From an uncultured bacterium (lineage in GTDB: Bacteria; Eisenbacteria; RBG-16-71-46; JABDJR01; JAWXBZ01), in the NCBI GenBank assembly GCA_964596775.1, contig CAZQVN010000007.1, positions 27,275-91,274 on the forward strand: a stretch of 64,000 bases of DNA, written 5' to 3'. Both the position numbers and the translations under genes were made by a program. The notes under the pieces are model-generated. The model saw nothing but the letters and a program-made list of their open reading frames with translations. It searched no databases and had not been told where the DNA came from. This document shows positions 8,943 through 19,424 of the stretch, piece by piece. Every line of letters starts with the position of its first letter. The stretch's first letter is position 1.

Positions 8943-10211
8943 TCAGGGGTCGGGGACCGCCACCCGGACCTCGAACGGGCCGCTGAAACCGTCCAGTCGC
9001 GCAAGGACCGCGCCGGTCGGACTGATGCGCACGAGTTGATCGGCCCGGAGATCCGTCACCCAGAGATCGCCGGATGCCGGGTCGCGCGCGAGACCTCCCG
9101 GGTTGCGGACGTCCGTCAGGGTCGTGATCGTCGTGCCCGCCGGATCCAGGCGGACGATGCGCCCCGCGGCGTTGTCGGTGACCCAGGCGCCCCCCTCGCC
9201 GTCGGAGATGACCTGGAACGGCGCCGCGAACGCATCGTTCCGGAACAGCACGGTGTCGGCGGCGCCGGACACCCGGAAGACCGCGCCGCCCCGGTCCGCC
9301 ATCCAGCAGTCGCCGGTGGCCGGATCCACCGCGACGCTGAACGGGCGGTCGAACCCTTCCAGGACCGTCATCGATCCGTCCGGCCGGCGGTGCAGCAGCC
9401 GCCCCTCGGAGTCGGCCACCCAGACATCGCCGCGACGGATGTCCAGGGCGATGTCCTCGGGAATTCCGATTCCCGAATCGGCGGACACGAGAACGGTGAG
9501 CGAAGGCGACCGGTGTTCGAGAACCGAAGGCCCGTAGATCCCGATCCAGACCGTGGAGTCCGCCGGATTCATGGCCACCGAGAGCGGCTGTCCCCCGGTG
9601 GACAGGGTGGCCTGCCGCGCTCCGTCGCGGTCGTACCGATCCACCTTTCTCTCGAAGAAATCCGCGGTCACGACCCCTCCGTTTCCGGGAAGGATGTCGA
9701 GGTCGCTCGGGATCCGGGTTCCTCCGGGGCGGGCGAGGACATGGCGGGCGTCCGGCGAAACGGGCGTGGGATTTCCGGACCGCTGATCGAGAACCCACAG
9801 CACCCGCCGACCCGGCGTGGCCGGCGACGGCGCCCCGCGGACCGGGGACGCATTCCCGGCGAAGAACGTCGAAAGCGTGTACGTGTAGGTGGAGTCGTTG
9901 ACGACCGCCGTGTCGAGCAGGGAGCGCGCGCCGCTCCCCGGCCCGGGATCGATCGTCAGCACGGCTCCGGCGGCATCCCGTCTTTCGATGGAAAAACCGA
10001 CGAGATCCGTGTACTCCGGCAGTTCCCACTCAAGGGTCACCCGGCCGTTCCCGGCGACGGCCGCGAAGATGTCCGGATTGCCTCCGGTGTCCGGGTTGTC
10101 CGGATCGAACAGGTTGTCGTGATCCCGGGGCGAGCATCCGGATGCGGAGAGCCAGAGGGCGGCGACGAGACCGATGACGGCGCCGCGCCACCGGGCATGC
10201 CTAGAAACCAT
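8943..10211 (-). CDS. Lipoprotein with FN3-like domain and NHL/Vgb-like beta-propeller
   Basis: Start re-placed at MVSRHARW; lipobox ASG-C; RDHDNLFDPDNP; repeats of P.(D/G/S)(L/I/V)A.D...G..WV.D. Confidence 0.75.
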   Translation of the reverse strand: MVSRHARWRGAVIGLVAALWLSASGCSPRDHDNLFDPDNPDTGGNPDIFAAVAGNGRVTLEWELPEYTDLVGFSIERRDAAGAVLTIDPGPGSGARSLLDTAVVNDSTYTYTLSTFFAGNASPVRGAPSPATPGRRVLWVLDQRSGNPTPVSPDARHVLARPGGTRIPSDLDILPGNGGVVTADFFERKVDRYDRDGARQATLSTGGQPLSVAMNPADSTVWIGIYGPSVLEHRSPSLTVLVSADSGIGIPEDIALDIRRGDVWVADSEGRLLHRRPDGSMTVLEGFDRPFSVAVDPATGDCWMADRGGAVFRVSGAADTVLFRNDAFAAPFQVISDGEGGAWVTDNAAGRIVRLDPAGTTITTLTDVRNPGGLARDPASGDLWVTDLRADQLVRISPTGAVLARLDGFSGPFEVRVAVPDP

Positions 10212-11121
10212 GCCGGACCCCCAGCCTGTAGCGGGCTTCGCCGGTGGCCGGTTCCAGGTCCACCGCGGCCGTCGGAACGAGCCCGCGCGGTTCCTCATGG
10301 ATGATCAGGAAGAACGTGGCCAGGAACGCCGCCTCGCCGACCGCCCACCCCACGAGGGACAGCCGGTCGAATCGAACCGCATCGTCGAACAGCCGCTTCT
10401 GGCGGTCGCGGTTTCCCGTCCGCAGGTACGCGTCGTAGCGATCGTCCGCCTGGTCCTTGAAACGCACGGCCGTGTAGACGCCCGCGGCAAGCAGAGTGAC
10501 CGATCCGCCGATCGCCAGCGCCCTGTTGCGGGCCCACCAGGAACCCTCGGAGGCACGGAGCCGCGCCGGAACCGGCGGCGCGAGCGGGTCGAGCTCCACC
10601 CGCTTCGAACCGGAAACGCGGGTATCGGCCAGGACGCTGTCGCCGGGCAGCGTCACCCGGCGGTAGCCGTCGAGGTCCACGAGCAGATCGGTGCCCCACA
10701 GCAACTCCGGCGGCAGGCGCACCGGAGTTTCCCCGATCGTGCGGCCGCCGGCGAGCACCCGGGCTCCCGACGGAGAAGTAAGCAGAACCGGACGGCCGAG
10801 TTCCACGGTCACGGTATCCCCGGCGGCCCCGGTGATCGAGACCGATTCGAAGGGGGGCAGAAGGCTCCGGTCGGCGGGGCGGAGCAGAAGGGTATGCCGG
10901 CCCGGTGCCACCGGGACTTCCTGGATGGAAAACTCCGTCCAGGGAACCGGGGCGCGTTCGGAGTCTCCGGTCAGGTCGATCAGGTCGGCCCCGTCCATGA
11001 CGACCGTGCCCGGACGGAGCACCACGAGCCGGAGCAGCAGGCTTTCCGACGCGGCGGCGGCGTGCGGATGAGCCGGAACGAAGGTCAGCAGCGCGAGGAG
11101 CAATACGGAGCGCGGTTTCAT
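10201..11121 (-). CDS. Exported PEGA-domain protein with C-terminal hydrophobic helices
   Basis: Signal peptide MKPRSVLLLALL; LTSPSGARVLAGGRTIGETP...DLDGY (PEGA-like); ATGA overlap with the upstream gene. Confidence 0.65.
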   Translation of the reverse strand: MKPRSVLLLALLTFVPAHPHAAAASESLLLRLVVLRPGTVVMDGADLIDLTGDSERAPVPWTEFSIQEVPVAPGRHTLLLRPADRSLLPPFESVSITGAAGDTVTVELGRPVLLTSPSGARVLAGGRTIGETPVRLPPELLWGTDLLVDLDGYRRVTLPGDSVLADTRVSGSKRVELDPLAPPVPARLRASEGSWWARNRALAIGGSVTLLAAGVYTAVRFKDQADDRYDAYLRTGNRDRQKRLFDDAVRFDRLSLVGWAVGEAAFLATFFLIIHEEPRGLVPTAAVDLEPATGEARYRLGVRHGF

Positions 11122-12245
11122 GGTCTCTCCCCCGCCTCCGGGTCGCCCGGCAGGGCGGCAAAGTCGTAGGCCACGATGCGGCCGCGGTCGCCGGCCACGA
11201 TCCACAGGCCGCCGGCCGGCACCGGAGGCACGGATACCGTTTCGGGATGACGGACCCGCGCCACAACCTCCCCCGTCTCCGCGCGGAGAACCCAGACGAG
11301 TCCCGACGCGGCCGCCACGGCCACGACGGCACCGTCGCCGGCCGCGGTTGCGCGGAACGGCCCGCCGAGGGCAACGCGCCACGCGGTCGACCCGTCCGCG
11401 GTATCGACGGCGGCCACGCTTCCATCGAGGCCGGCCATCACGATGCGGGACCCCGACCATTCCGGGCGGGAGGTCACCCGCATTCCCAGTTCCGCTTTCC
11501 AGAGGCGGTTTCCGGTGACGGCGTCGAGAAAGTCGAGCCGACCGTCCACCGAGGCGGCTGCCACCCGCTTCCCGAGGGCGGCAATGCCGCAGAGCGCACT
11601 CCCCACGTCGGCGGACCAGCGCTTTTCGCCGCTCCGCGCATCGACCGCGAAGACTTCACCGTTGCGCCCTGGGACGAGGAACAGCGCGTTCTCCCTGTCC
11701 AGCACCGGCGGGCCCCAGACATCGGCATTGAGATTCGTGACCCAGATGGGACGCCCCTCGTGGGGCGACAGGCCGAAGACGCGGCCGTCCCGGGTGGCCA
11801 GGAGTACGGCGCCCTCGAAGAAGAAGGCGCTTCCCGTCACCTCGCCGACTTCATGCCTCCAGCGGACCTTCTTCTTCCCGAGGTCGAACATGTACGCCGA
11901 GCCGTCCGGAACCGACGTTCCGGCAAACAGGGTGCCGTCATGCAGCGTCAGGCTCCCGGTTGCCGAGCCGTCGATCCGTTTCCTCCAGCGCCGGCGACCG
12001 GTGTCGGGGTCGTACTGGACGATCCGCCGGTCGGTGGTGGCCACGTACAGCGCGCCCGCCTCGAACAGGAGCGGCACCTCGATCCCCCGCCCGGCATCCT
12101 CGGACCAGGCCACGGCAGCGGCGGGAAGGGCGTCGAATCCATGCGGCGCGAGAGCCTCGCCCCGGCCCGAGCCCGCGCACCCGTTCAGGCCCCAGAGACA
12201 GGCGGCGGCCAGCAGGAGGAATCGGCGGTTAATAGTTGAATCCAA
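11118..12245 (-). CDS. BamB-like PQQ-repeat beta-propeller lipoprotein
   Basis: Lipobox LNG-C; repeated A.D..TG...W tryptophan-docking motifs. Confidence 0.85.
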   Translation of the reverse strand: MDSTINRRFLLLAAACLWGLNGCAGSGRGEALAPHGFDALPAAAVAWSEDAGRGIEVPLLFEAGALYVATTDRRIVQYDPDTGRRRWRKRIDGSATGSLTLHDGTLFAGTSVPDGSAYMFDLGKKKVRWRHEVGEVTGSAFFFEGAVLLATRDGRVFGLSPHEGRPIWVTNLNADVWGPPVLDRENALFLVPGRNGEVFAVDARSGEKRWSADVGSALCGIAALGKRVAAASVDGRLDFLDAVTGNRLWKAELGMRVTSRPEWSGSRIVMAGLDGSVAAVDTADGSTAWRVALGGPFRATAAGDGAVVAVAAASGLVWVLRAETGEVVARVRHPETVSVPPVPAGGLWIVAGDRGRIVAYDFAALPGDPEAGERP

Positions 12246-15093
12246 TGAAGAAGTCCGTATCCGTTCTCCGGGTCACCGTCCTGAAATCGGTGGTCCGGGT
12301 GAAGTCGAACCTGAGAACGAGAAACCCGCCCAGGCTCGTCCGCAGGCCGAGGCCGAACGCGCCGAACGGCGTGGGAACACCCTCCCCTTCCTCCCAGGCG
12401 TTGCCGGCATCCGCGAGCAGGGCGCCCTGCACGGGCGGCAGCCCGATGTTGCCGAACGGAAACCCGAGAAGGACGCCGTCGAGCAGCGGGAAACGGAGTT
12501 CATTGTTCCACAGCAGCGAACGGCTGCCAAACAGCGAGCGCCGGGGGAAACCGCGGAGCGAATGCGAGCCCCCGAGCACGAAACGCTGCCGGTTCGTACC
12601 CTCCGATATCCGCCCCTGGAGCCGGACGGCGTACCCGGAGCGGAAACCGATCCGGAAGTAGCGCCTCAGGTCGGCGATCACCGCCACGTTTTCCACGTTG
12701 GCCCGCTCGAGATCCGTGGTCACGCCGACTGCGAGGTTGTAGCGGCTTCCGTCGATCGGCCCCAGCGGGTTCCACAGGCTGTTGTCGTGGATCAGCGACA
12801 GGTAGTTCGTGGCCAGGACCGCGGTTCTCGCCTGCCGGAAGGAATCGTCGGAGCGATCCGAGTGGAACAGGAACAGCGAGGACTCGATCCTGTCGAACTT
12901 GGAAAACGGATAGCTGCCGATGAAGTTGACGCCGGCGCGCCGCTCGAAGTAGCGGAAGTCGCGCTCGTCGAGGAAGTCGCCGGCGAAGTGATACGCGCCG
13001 GCTCCGTAGTTGAACCGCCGGGTCAGGTTGAAGTAGGTGAAGCCGGCGTTGAACCGGGAGAGAAGGTCGCCGGTCGTTTCCGCGGTGTTCGACAGCTGGA
13101 AGAAGATGAGCTGGTCGCCGAGCTGGTCGGTCAGGAGCGCCTGCAGCCCCTCGCCGGACCCCAGTCCCGGGTCCACCGCCACGCCGCCCTGGGCAAAATC
13201 GAGGGAGAAACGCTTGCGGTACGGGATCGTTTCGGCCCGGACGTTCTCCATCCCGTCCTCGACACCCCACGGCAGCCGCATCTCCGTCGAATCGGGCGGC
13301 GAGCCTCCAGCCGGCGCGGCGAGGGAGGCCAGCGGCTCGGAATAGACCAGCGGTCCGTCCGCGGCCTCCACGGAGTCGATGCGGTAGATTCCGTAGCGAA
13401 GGCGATGGTACGCCGTGTAGAGGAACCCGTCGTCCGCCGGAAGCCAGACCGGGTCGAACGCCCCCCCCTGCAGCGACGTCACCCGGAATCCATGCCCGTC
13501 GAGATCGGTGACATGGATCTGCGGAGCGCCCGACCGATCGCTGACGAACGCGATCCGGTCGCCGGCGTGCGACCAGGCCGGGGCCCCGTCCTCGAAATTG
13601 CCCCGGGTGACGGCGCGGATCAGCCCGGTATCACGGTCGAAGAGGAAGATGTTGCGCGATCCGCTGCGGCCGTCCGGCGTCCGGTCCGAGGAAAAGGCGA
13701 TCCGTCTGCCGTCCGGGGAAAACGCGGGATCGAGGTCCTGGTACCAGTCGGCGGTCAGCTTTTCCAGCCGTTCGTCGTCGAGGTGGAACAGGTACAGGTC
13801 GGAGTGGCCGTTCTGCGAGAGGCCGGAAAACGCGACGAGCCGGCCGTCGGGGCTCTGCACCGGCGAGAGGATCCCGTTCAGCCCCTCGAACTGGTAGCGG
13901 GCGATCTGCCGGCGCTTCTTCAGGTCGTAGAGGAACAGCGCGTCGCGCTCGTGGAACTTGGAGGTGAAGACGAGGCGGCCGTCGTGCCCCACGTCGATGC
14001 GGCTCTGGAACGGATGGAGGGATTCGTACTCGGCGGTGCGCTCGCCTTCGACGATGACGTCCAGGTCCTTTTCCTCGCCGGCGATCGAGGCCATGTAGAT
14101 GTTCGTGTATCCGCTGCGCGGCGAGACGAAGAGAAACCGGTCCTCGCCGAGCCCGGCCGACGCCGGAACCAGCGTCGGCTTGAAGGACGGTCCGCGGACC
14201 GCGAGTGGCTTGCCGTCCTCGGTGGGGGTCCGGGCCATCTCGATGCCGGGATAGAAACGGAGCTTGAGCCGGCGGTGCCACTTTTCGGAGAGCTCCCGTT
14301 CCGAAATGCCGAGCGTGATGTTCAGAACGTCGCTGAACGAACGTCCCTTCCAGAGGTTCTGGTACAGCGCGGGAATGGCGTCCGGGCCGTATTCCTCCTC
14401 GATGAAACCGCAGAGATCCTGGCCGACCTTGTAGATCGTGAACGATCCGTAGAAGCGCCAGAGGTCGGGAATGGCCGGCAGCTGGTTCGAAAGCACGAGA
14501 TCCCGAAGGACCATCTCCCCGATGCCGTCCCACTTTCCCGACCAGAGATCGGCCATCCCCTCCGACATCCAGAGCGGCGCGTCCACCGGCTGTCCGCGAT
14601 AGTGCCGGCCGTACACGCTTTCAAGGATGGAGAGCTGGTACACGTGCACGAGTTCGTGATGGATCGTGGAGCGGAAATCCGACATCGAGCCGTTGAACGG
14701 AATGGCCACCCGCCCCTTGATGAACTCGGTGAATCCGGCCACGCCCTCCGGAAGAAAGAACGGGCTGATGTTCGTCTGCTCGAAGTCCTGGTGGCTGGCA
14801 TAGATGATCAGCGGAATGCGATGGTCCACATGCCAGGCAAAGCGCACCGCGAGGTCGGCGAACGACTCCTCGGCCATCGCCAGCGCGATGGTCGCCAGCG
14901 ATTCCTCTTCCGGATAGAAGAACAGATCGAAGTGGGGGCTCTTCAGCACGCGCCACTGAAAGTCCGTGTACTGAATCTTGTTCTTGCCGAAACTGATCGT
15001 CTGGCCCGAAGCGGGCTTCGGCGCCAGGCAGAGCAGTGCCAGGGCCAGCAGGAACGGCGGGGTGAGGAGGCCACGCCGGAGCGGAACAGTCAC
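12229..15093 (-). CDS. Omp85/BamA-family protein: peptidase-MA-like domain + PD40/TolB-like propeller + beta-barrel, no POTRA visible
   Basis: HELVH and LWMSEGMA; PD40 repeats (PAFSPDGRRIAFSSDR); barrel with LGGSHSLRGF and terminal FFIGFNY. Start GTG 15093 behind GAGGAGG, downstream of the promoter. Confidence 0.85.
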   Translation of the reverse strand: MTVPLRRGLLTPPFLLALALLCLAPKPASGQTISFGKNKIQYTDFQWRVLKSPHFDLFFYPEEESLATIALAMAEESFADLAVRFAWHVDHRIPLIIYASHQDFEQTNISPFFLPEGVAGFTEFIKGRVAIPFNGSMSDFRSTIHHELVHVYQLSILESVYGRHYRGQPVDAPLWMSEGMADLWSGKWDGIGEMVLRDLVLSNQLPAIPDLWRFYGSFTIYKVGQDLCGFIEEEYGPDAIPALYQNLWKGRSFSDVLNITLGISERELSEKWHRRLKLRFYPGIEMARTPTEDGKPLAVRGPSFKPTLVPASAGLGEDRFLFVSPRSGYTNIYMASIAGEEKDLDVIVEGERTAEYESLHPFQSRIDVGHDGRLVFTSKFHERDALFLYDLKKRRQIARYQFEGLNGILSPVQSPDGRLVAFSGLSQNGHSDLYLFHLDDERLEKLTADWYQDLDPAFSPDGRRIAFSSDRTPDGRSGSRNIFLFDRDTGLIRAVTRGNFEDGAPAWSHAGDRIAFVSDRSGAPQIHVTDLDGHGFRVTSLQGGAFDPVWLPADDGFLYTAYHRLRYGIYRIDSVEAADGPLVYSEPLASLAAPAGGSPPDSTEMRLPWGVEDGMENVRAETIPYRKRFSLDFAQGGVAVDPGLGSGEGLQALLTDQLGDQLIFFQLSNTAETTGDLLSRFNAGFTYFNLTRRFNYGAGAYHFAGDFLDERDFRYFERRAGVNFIGSYPFSKFDRIESSLFLFHSDRSDDSFRQARTAVLATNYLSLIHDNSLWNPLGPIDGSRYNLAVGVTTDLERANVENVAVIADLRRYFRIGFRSGYAVRLQGRISEGTNRQRFVLGGSHSLRGFPRRSLFGSRSLLWNNELRFPLLDGVLLGFPFGNIGLPPVQGALLADAGNAWEEGEGVPTPFGAFGLGLRTSLGGFLVLRFDFTRTTDFRTVTRRTDTDFFIGFNY

Positions 15094-15133
15094 GAAAAGA
15101 TCGCCTCCTCGACACGGGGAGAAAACTGCCCAA

Positions 15134-15163
15134 AGTCTAGTGACCAAAGGACTTCCCTGTCAA
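15134..15163 (-). promoter_or_regulatory. sigma70 promoter of the Omp85 operon
   Basis: Minus strand TTGACA (15163-15158)-18 nt-TAGACT (15139-15134). Confidence 0.7.
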
Positions 15164-15429
15164 TGCCCCGTTCCCCCGGCGGCCGGTGGGAAAAAATTCT
15201 TGCGATTTCGTCCGTATTTGATTCTACTTTTGATGTACCGGGTGTCTTTCGGAGCTGCTCCCCCGATTTCTCGTCCGCAGAATCGGGACCGGTTCCGCAC
15301 CCGACCCCCCAGAATTCAACCGCCCCGGGGGAGGATTCATGATGGCCTGAACAGTTGCCGCCCGCCGCGGTTCCCATCCGACCCTGATCCTCCACCAATC
15401 ATTCATTCCAGCGTCCCAAGAGGTATGTC

Positions 15430-15756
15430 ATGAGTTTTGTCGATCGCACCATTCAATGTCGTGACTGCGGTACTTCCTTCATTTTTACGGCCGGAGAGCA
15501 GGCCTTCTACCAGCAGAAGGGTTTTCAGAACGAACCGACGCGCTGCCCGAACTGTCGCCGCCAGAAGAAGGACAGCGCCGGACCGCGCGGAGGCGACTCC
15601 GGTCACCGGGGTGGAGGGGGCGGTGGGGGCAACCGCCAGCTTTTCAAGACCGTCTGCTCCGCCTGCGGAGCGGAAACCCAGGTTCCGTTCGCTCCCTCGG
15701 GAGACCGGCCGGTCTACTGTCGCAACTGCTACAACTCCCGACGCGGAGCAATGTGA
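15430..15756 (+). CDS. Zinc-ribbon protein with CxxC-x17-CxxC domain
   Basis: CRDCG..FIFTAGEQAFY..KGF.NEP.RCPNC, Gly-rich linker, CSACG...VPF.P...RPVYCRNC; SD AAGAGG. Confidence 0.9.
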   Translation: MSFVDRTIQCRDCGTSFIFTAGEQAFYQQKGFQNEPTRCPNCRRQKKDSAGPRGGDSGHRGGGGGGGNRQLFKTVCSACGAETQVPFAPSGDRPVYCRNCYNSRRGAM

Positions 15757-15783
15757 ACGGCGGGAACAACGCACAGCCTTGAA

Positions 15784-15821
15784 CTGAAAAAGACCCGGAA
15801 TCGCTTCCGGGTCTTTTTCAG
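15784..15821. terminator. Bidirectional rho-independent terminator
   Basis: Perfect 17-bp inverted repeat CTGAAAAAGACCCGGAA-TCGC-TTCCGGGTCTTTTTCAG between the convergent zinc-ribbon gene and rnpB. Confidence 0.9.
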
Positions 15822-15822
15822 T

Positions 15823-16195
15823 CTCGAGTCGTTCGTAAGCCGAATTCTGTCCGGGGATGAACCCGTGACGATCATTTCTCTGGGACGGCCGTTACCGGAC
15901 GCCTCAAGCAACCTACCCGAGAGTGATGACGGAGGGGGCCCCTCCTCCTCTCCTATTGGGTCTTGCTCCAGGTGGGGTTTACCGAGCCATCGAAGTCGCC
16001 TCCGATGCTGGTGAGCTCTTACCTCACCGTTTCACCCTTACCGCCCGCTCGCGAGGAGCGGGAGGCGGTCTGCTTTCTGTTGCACTTTCCCTGGGATCGC
16101 TCCCGCTGGGGGTTACCCAGCACCTTGCCCTGTGGAGTTCGGACTTTCCTCGACCGGCGCCGAAGCGCCCGCCGCGATCGTCTGAACGACTCGAG
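15823..16195 (-). ncRNA. rnpB: RNase P RNA (bacterial type A)
   Basis: GAGGAAAGTCC, AGTGCAACAGAAA, GGGTGAAACGGTG, GGTAAACCCCACCTGGAGCAAG and ACAGAATTCGGCTTAC signatures; 12-bp P1 helix CTCGAGTCGTTC/GAACGACTCGAG. Confidence 0.96.
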
Positions 16196-16201
16196 CAGGA
16201 A

Positions 16202-16210
16202 ACTGTAGCA
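16202..16210 (-). promoter_or_regulatory. Extended -10 promoter of rnpB
   Basis: TG-C-TACAGT 6 nt before the P1 5' end. Confidence 0.55.
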
Positions 16211-16216
16211 CAGAAA

Positions 16217-16645
16217 TCAGCTCCCGGCGCGCCCTTCGAGCTGCCCGTCGATGGCCTCGTTGGCCAGCCGGTCGGCGCGACCGTTCAGGGAGCGGGCCAC
16301 ATGCCGGAACCGGTACACGGGAATCTTCTTCAGCGCATCGAGAACCCGGGCGTAGAGCAGCTTCATCTTTTCGTCCTTGACCCGGTACTCGCGGTTGAGC
16401 TGCTTGACGACGAGTTCGGAGTCGAGGTGAAAGGAGACTTCGGCGGGGTTCATCGCGCCGACCCGTTCCACCGCGGACAGGAGCGCGGAATACTCGGCGA
16501 CGTTGTTCGTGCACTGGCCGAGGTATCCGTTCCACTCGTCGACGGTGTTTCCGGCCTCGTCGAGAACCACGATGCCCATGCCGGCGTGGCCCGGGTTCCC
16601 GCGCGCCGCCCCGTCCGTGTACACGGACAGAACGGGACGGCTCAC
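16217..16645 (-). CDS. rnhA: Ribonuclease HI family protein
   Basis: VYTDGAARGNPG, TNNVAEY, DSELVVKQ, N.RAD.LAN; GTGA overlap start. Confidence 0.92.
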   Translation of the reverse strand: MSRPVLSVYTDGAARGNPGHAGMGIVVLDEAGNTVDEWNGYLGQCTNNVAEYSALLSAVERVGAMNPAEVSFHLDSELVVKQLNREYRVKDEKMKLLYARVLDALKKIPVYRFRHVARSLNGRADRLANEAIDGQLEGRAGS

Positions 16646-17367
16646 GGCTCGCCGCCGTCTTCCGAAGCCAGCCAGACGAGGATGCGTCCGCACCCCTCGC
16701 ATACCCGCAGAGATTCGGCCTTCTTGACCTCGTTGACGAACTGGGGAGGGAGAGCGGTGAAACACCCCCCACAGGCGCCCCTCTGCACCGGAACGACGGC
16801 CTGTCCGCCCTTGGCCCTGGCGAGCTGGCGGAACTTCGACTGGACCTGCTGGGGAAGCAGCGTGGCGCGGGCGGCACTGTCGGCGCGCAACCGTTCCAGT
16901 TCGGCCTTCAACCCGGCCGTCTTCTGGTCGATTTCCCGCTGCCGTTCCGCGATCCGCGCCTTTGCCGCGTTCACATGCTCCCTGGCGGCCGCCACGCGGG
17001 TCGCGTGCTCCTCGTCCACCTCGAACGACTCGAGCACCCGCGTTTCCAGGTCCGATTTCTTTTCGCGGGTGAACGTGGCCTCGTTCTTCATGGCGTTGAG
17101 CTCGGCGTTGGACTTGGCCTGAGCCTGCTTGGTGGCGTTCTGTCGGAGGGCCTGTTCGAGGGTCTCGATCTCGCCTTCGAGATCCTTCCTCTTCCTGACG
17201 ACGAGGAGACGGGCGTCCTCGCACGCCTTGAGTTCGTTTTCCCGGACCTTCAGTTCCGCTTCCGCCTGCTCCAGGGCCCGGGGGAGGCGTTCCAGCTCCC
17301 CCTCGACGGCCTGGATCTCCGTTTCACACTTCTGGAGATCCCAGAGAACGTTCAGATCCAGCGCCAA
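16642..17367 (-). CDS. Coiled-coil C4-type zinc-ribbon protein (DUF164, CT398/HP0958-like)
   Basis: Long coiled coil, then CGGC...CEGCGRIL. Confidence 0.9.
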   Translation of the reverse strand: MALDLNVLWDLQKCETEIQAVEGELERLPRALEQAEAELKVRENELKACEDARLLVVRKRKDLEGEIETLEQALRQNATKQAQAKSNAELNAMKNEATFTREKKSDLETRVLESFEVDEEHATRVAAAREHVNAAKARIAERQREIDQKTAGLKAELERLRADSAARATLLPQQVQSKFRQLARAKGGQAVVPVQRGACGGCFTALPPQFVNEVKKAESLRVCEGCGRILVWLASEDGGEP

Positions 17368-17382
17368 GATGACTCTCCGGAG

Positions 17383-17458
17383 TGGTGGGCGATACAGGAC
17401 TTGAACCTGTGACCCCTCGCATGTGAAGCGAGTGCTCTACCAGCTGAGCTAATCGCCC
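17383..17458 (-). tRNA. tRNA-Val(CAC)
   Basis: 76-nt cloverleaf GGGCGATTAGCTCAG...CTCGC-TTCACAT-GCGAG...TTCAAG...CCCACCA. Confidence 0.96.
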
Positions 17459-17472
17459 GAAAATGTCGAAAC

Positions 17473-17548
17473 TGGTGGGCCCTCCAGGATTTGAACCTGG
17501 GACCAACCGGTTATGAGCCGGCCGCTCTAACCGCTGAGCTAAGGGCCC
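17473..17548 (-). tRNA. tRNA-Ile2(CAT, lysidine type); elongator Met not excluded
   Basis: CAT anticodon; G1-C72 (not initiator); C4-G69 and C5-G68 TilS determinants; lies right after rpoD. Confidence 0.85.
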
Positions 17549-17566
17549 CGGTTCAAAAGAGCGGGC

Positions 17567-17595
17567 ACGTTAGCACGGCGGTTTTTGACCGTCAA
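17567..17595 (-). promoter_or_regulatory. sigma70 promoter of the tRNA-Ile2/Val cluster
   Basis: TTGACG-17 nt-TAACGT. Confidence 0.7.
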
Positions 17596-17621
17596 GAAGA
17601 CCGACCTCCGGCTCGTGCCGC

Positions 17622-19424
<1,803 letters not shown>

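Noticed and set aside
15339-15465. Selenocysteine readthrough of the uORF TGA
   Set aside because: The continued frame has no recognisable protein or bSECIS hairpin and is out of frame with the downstream gene.
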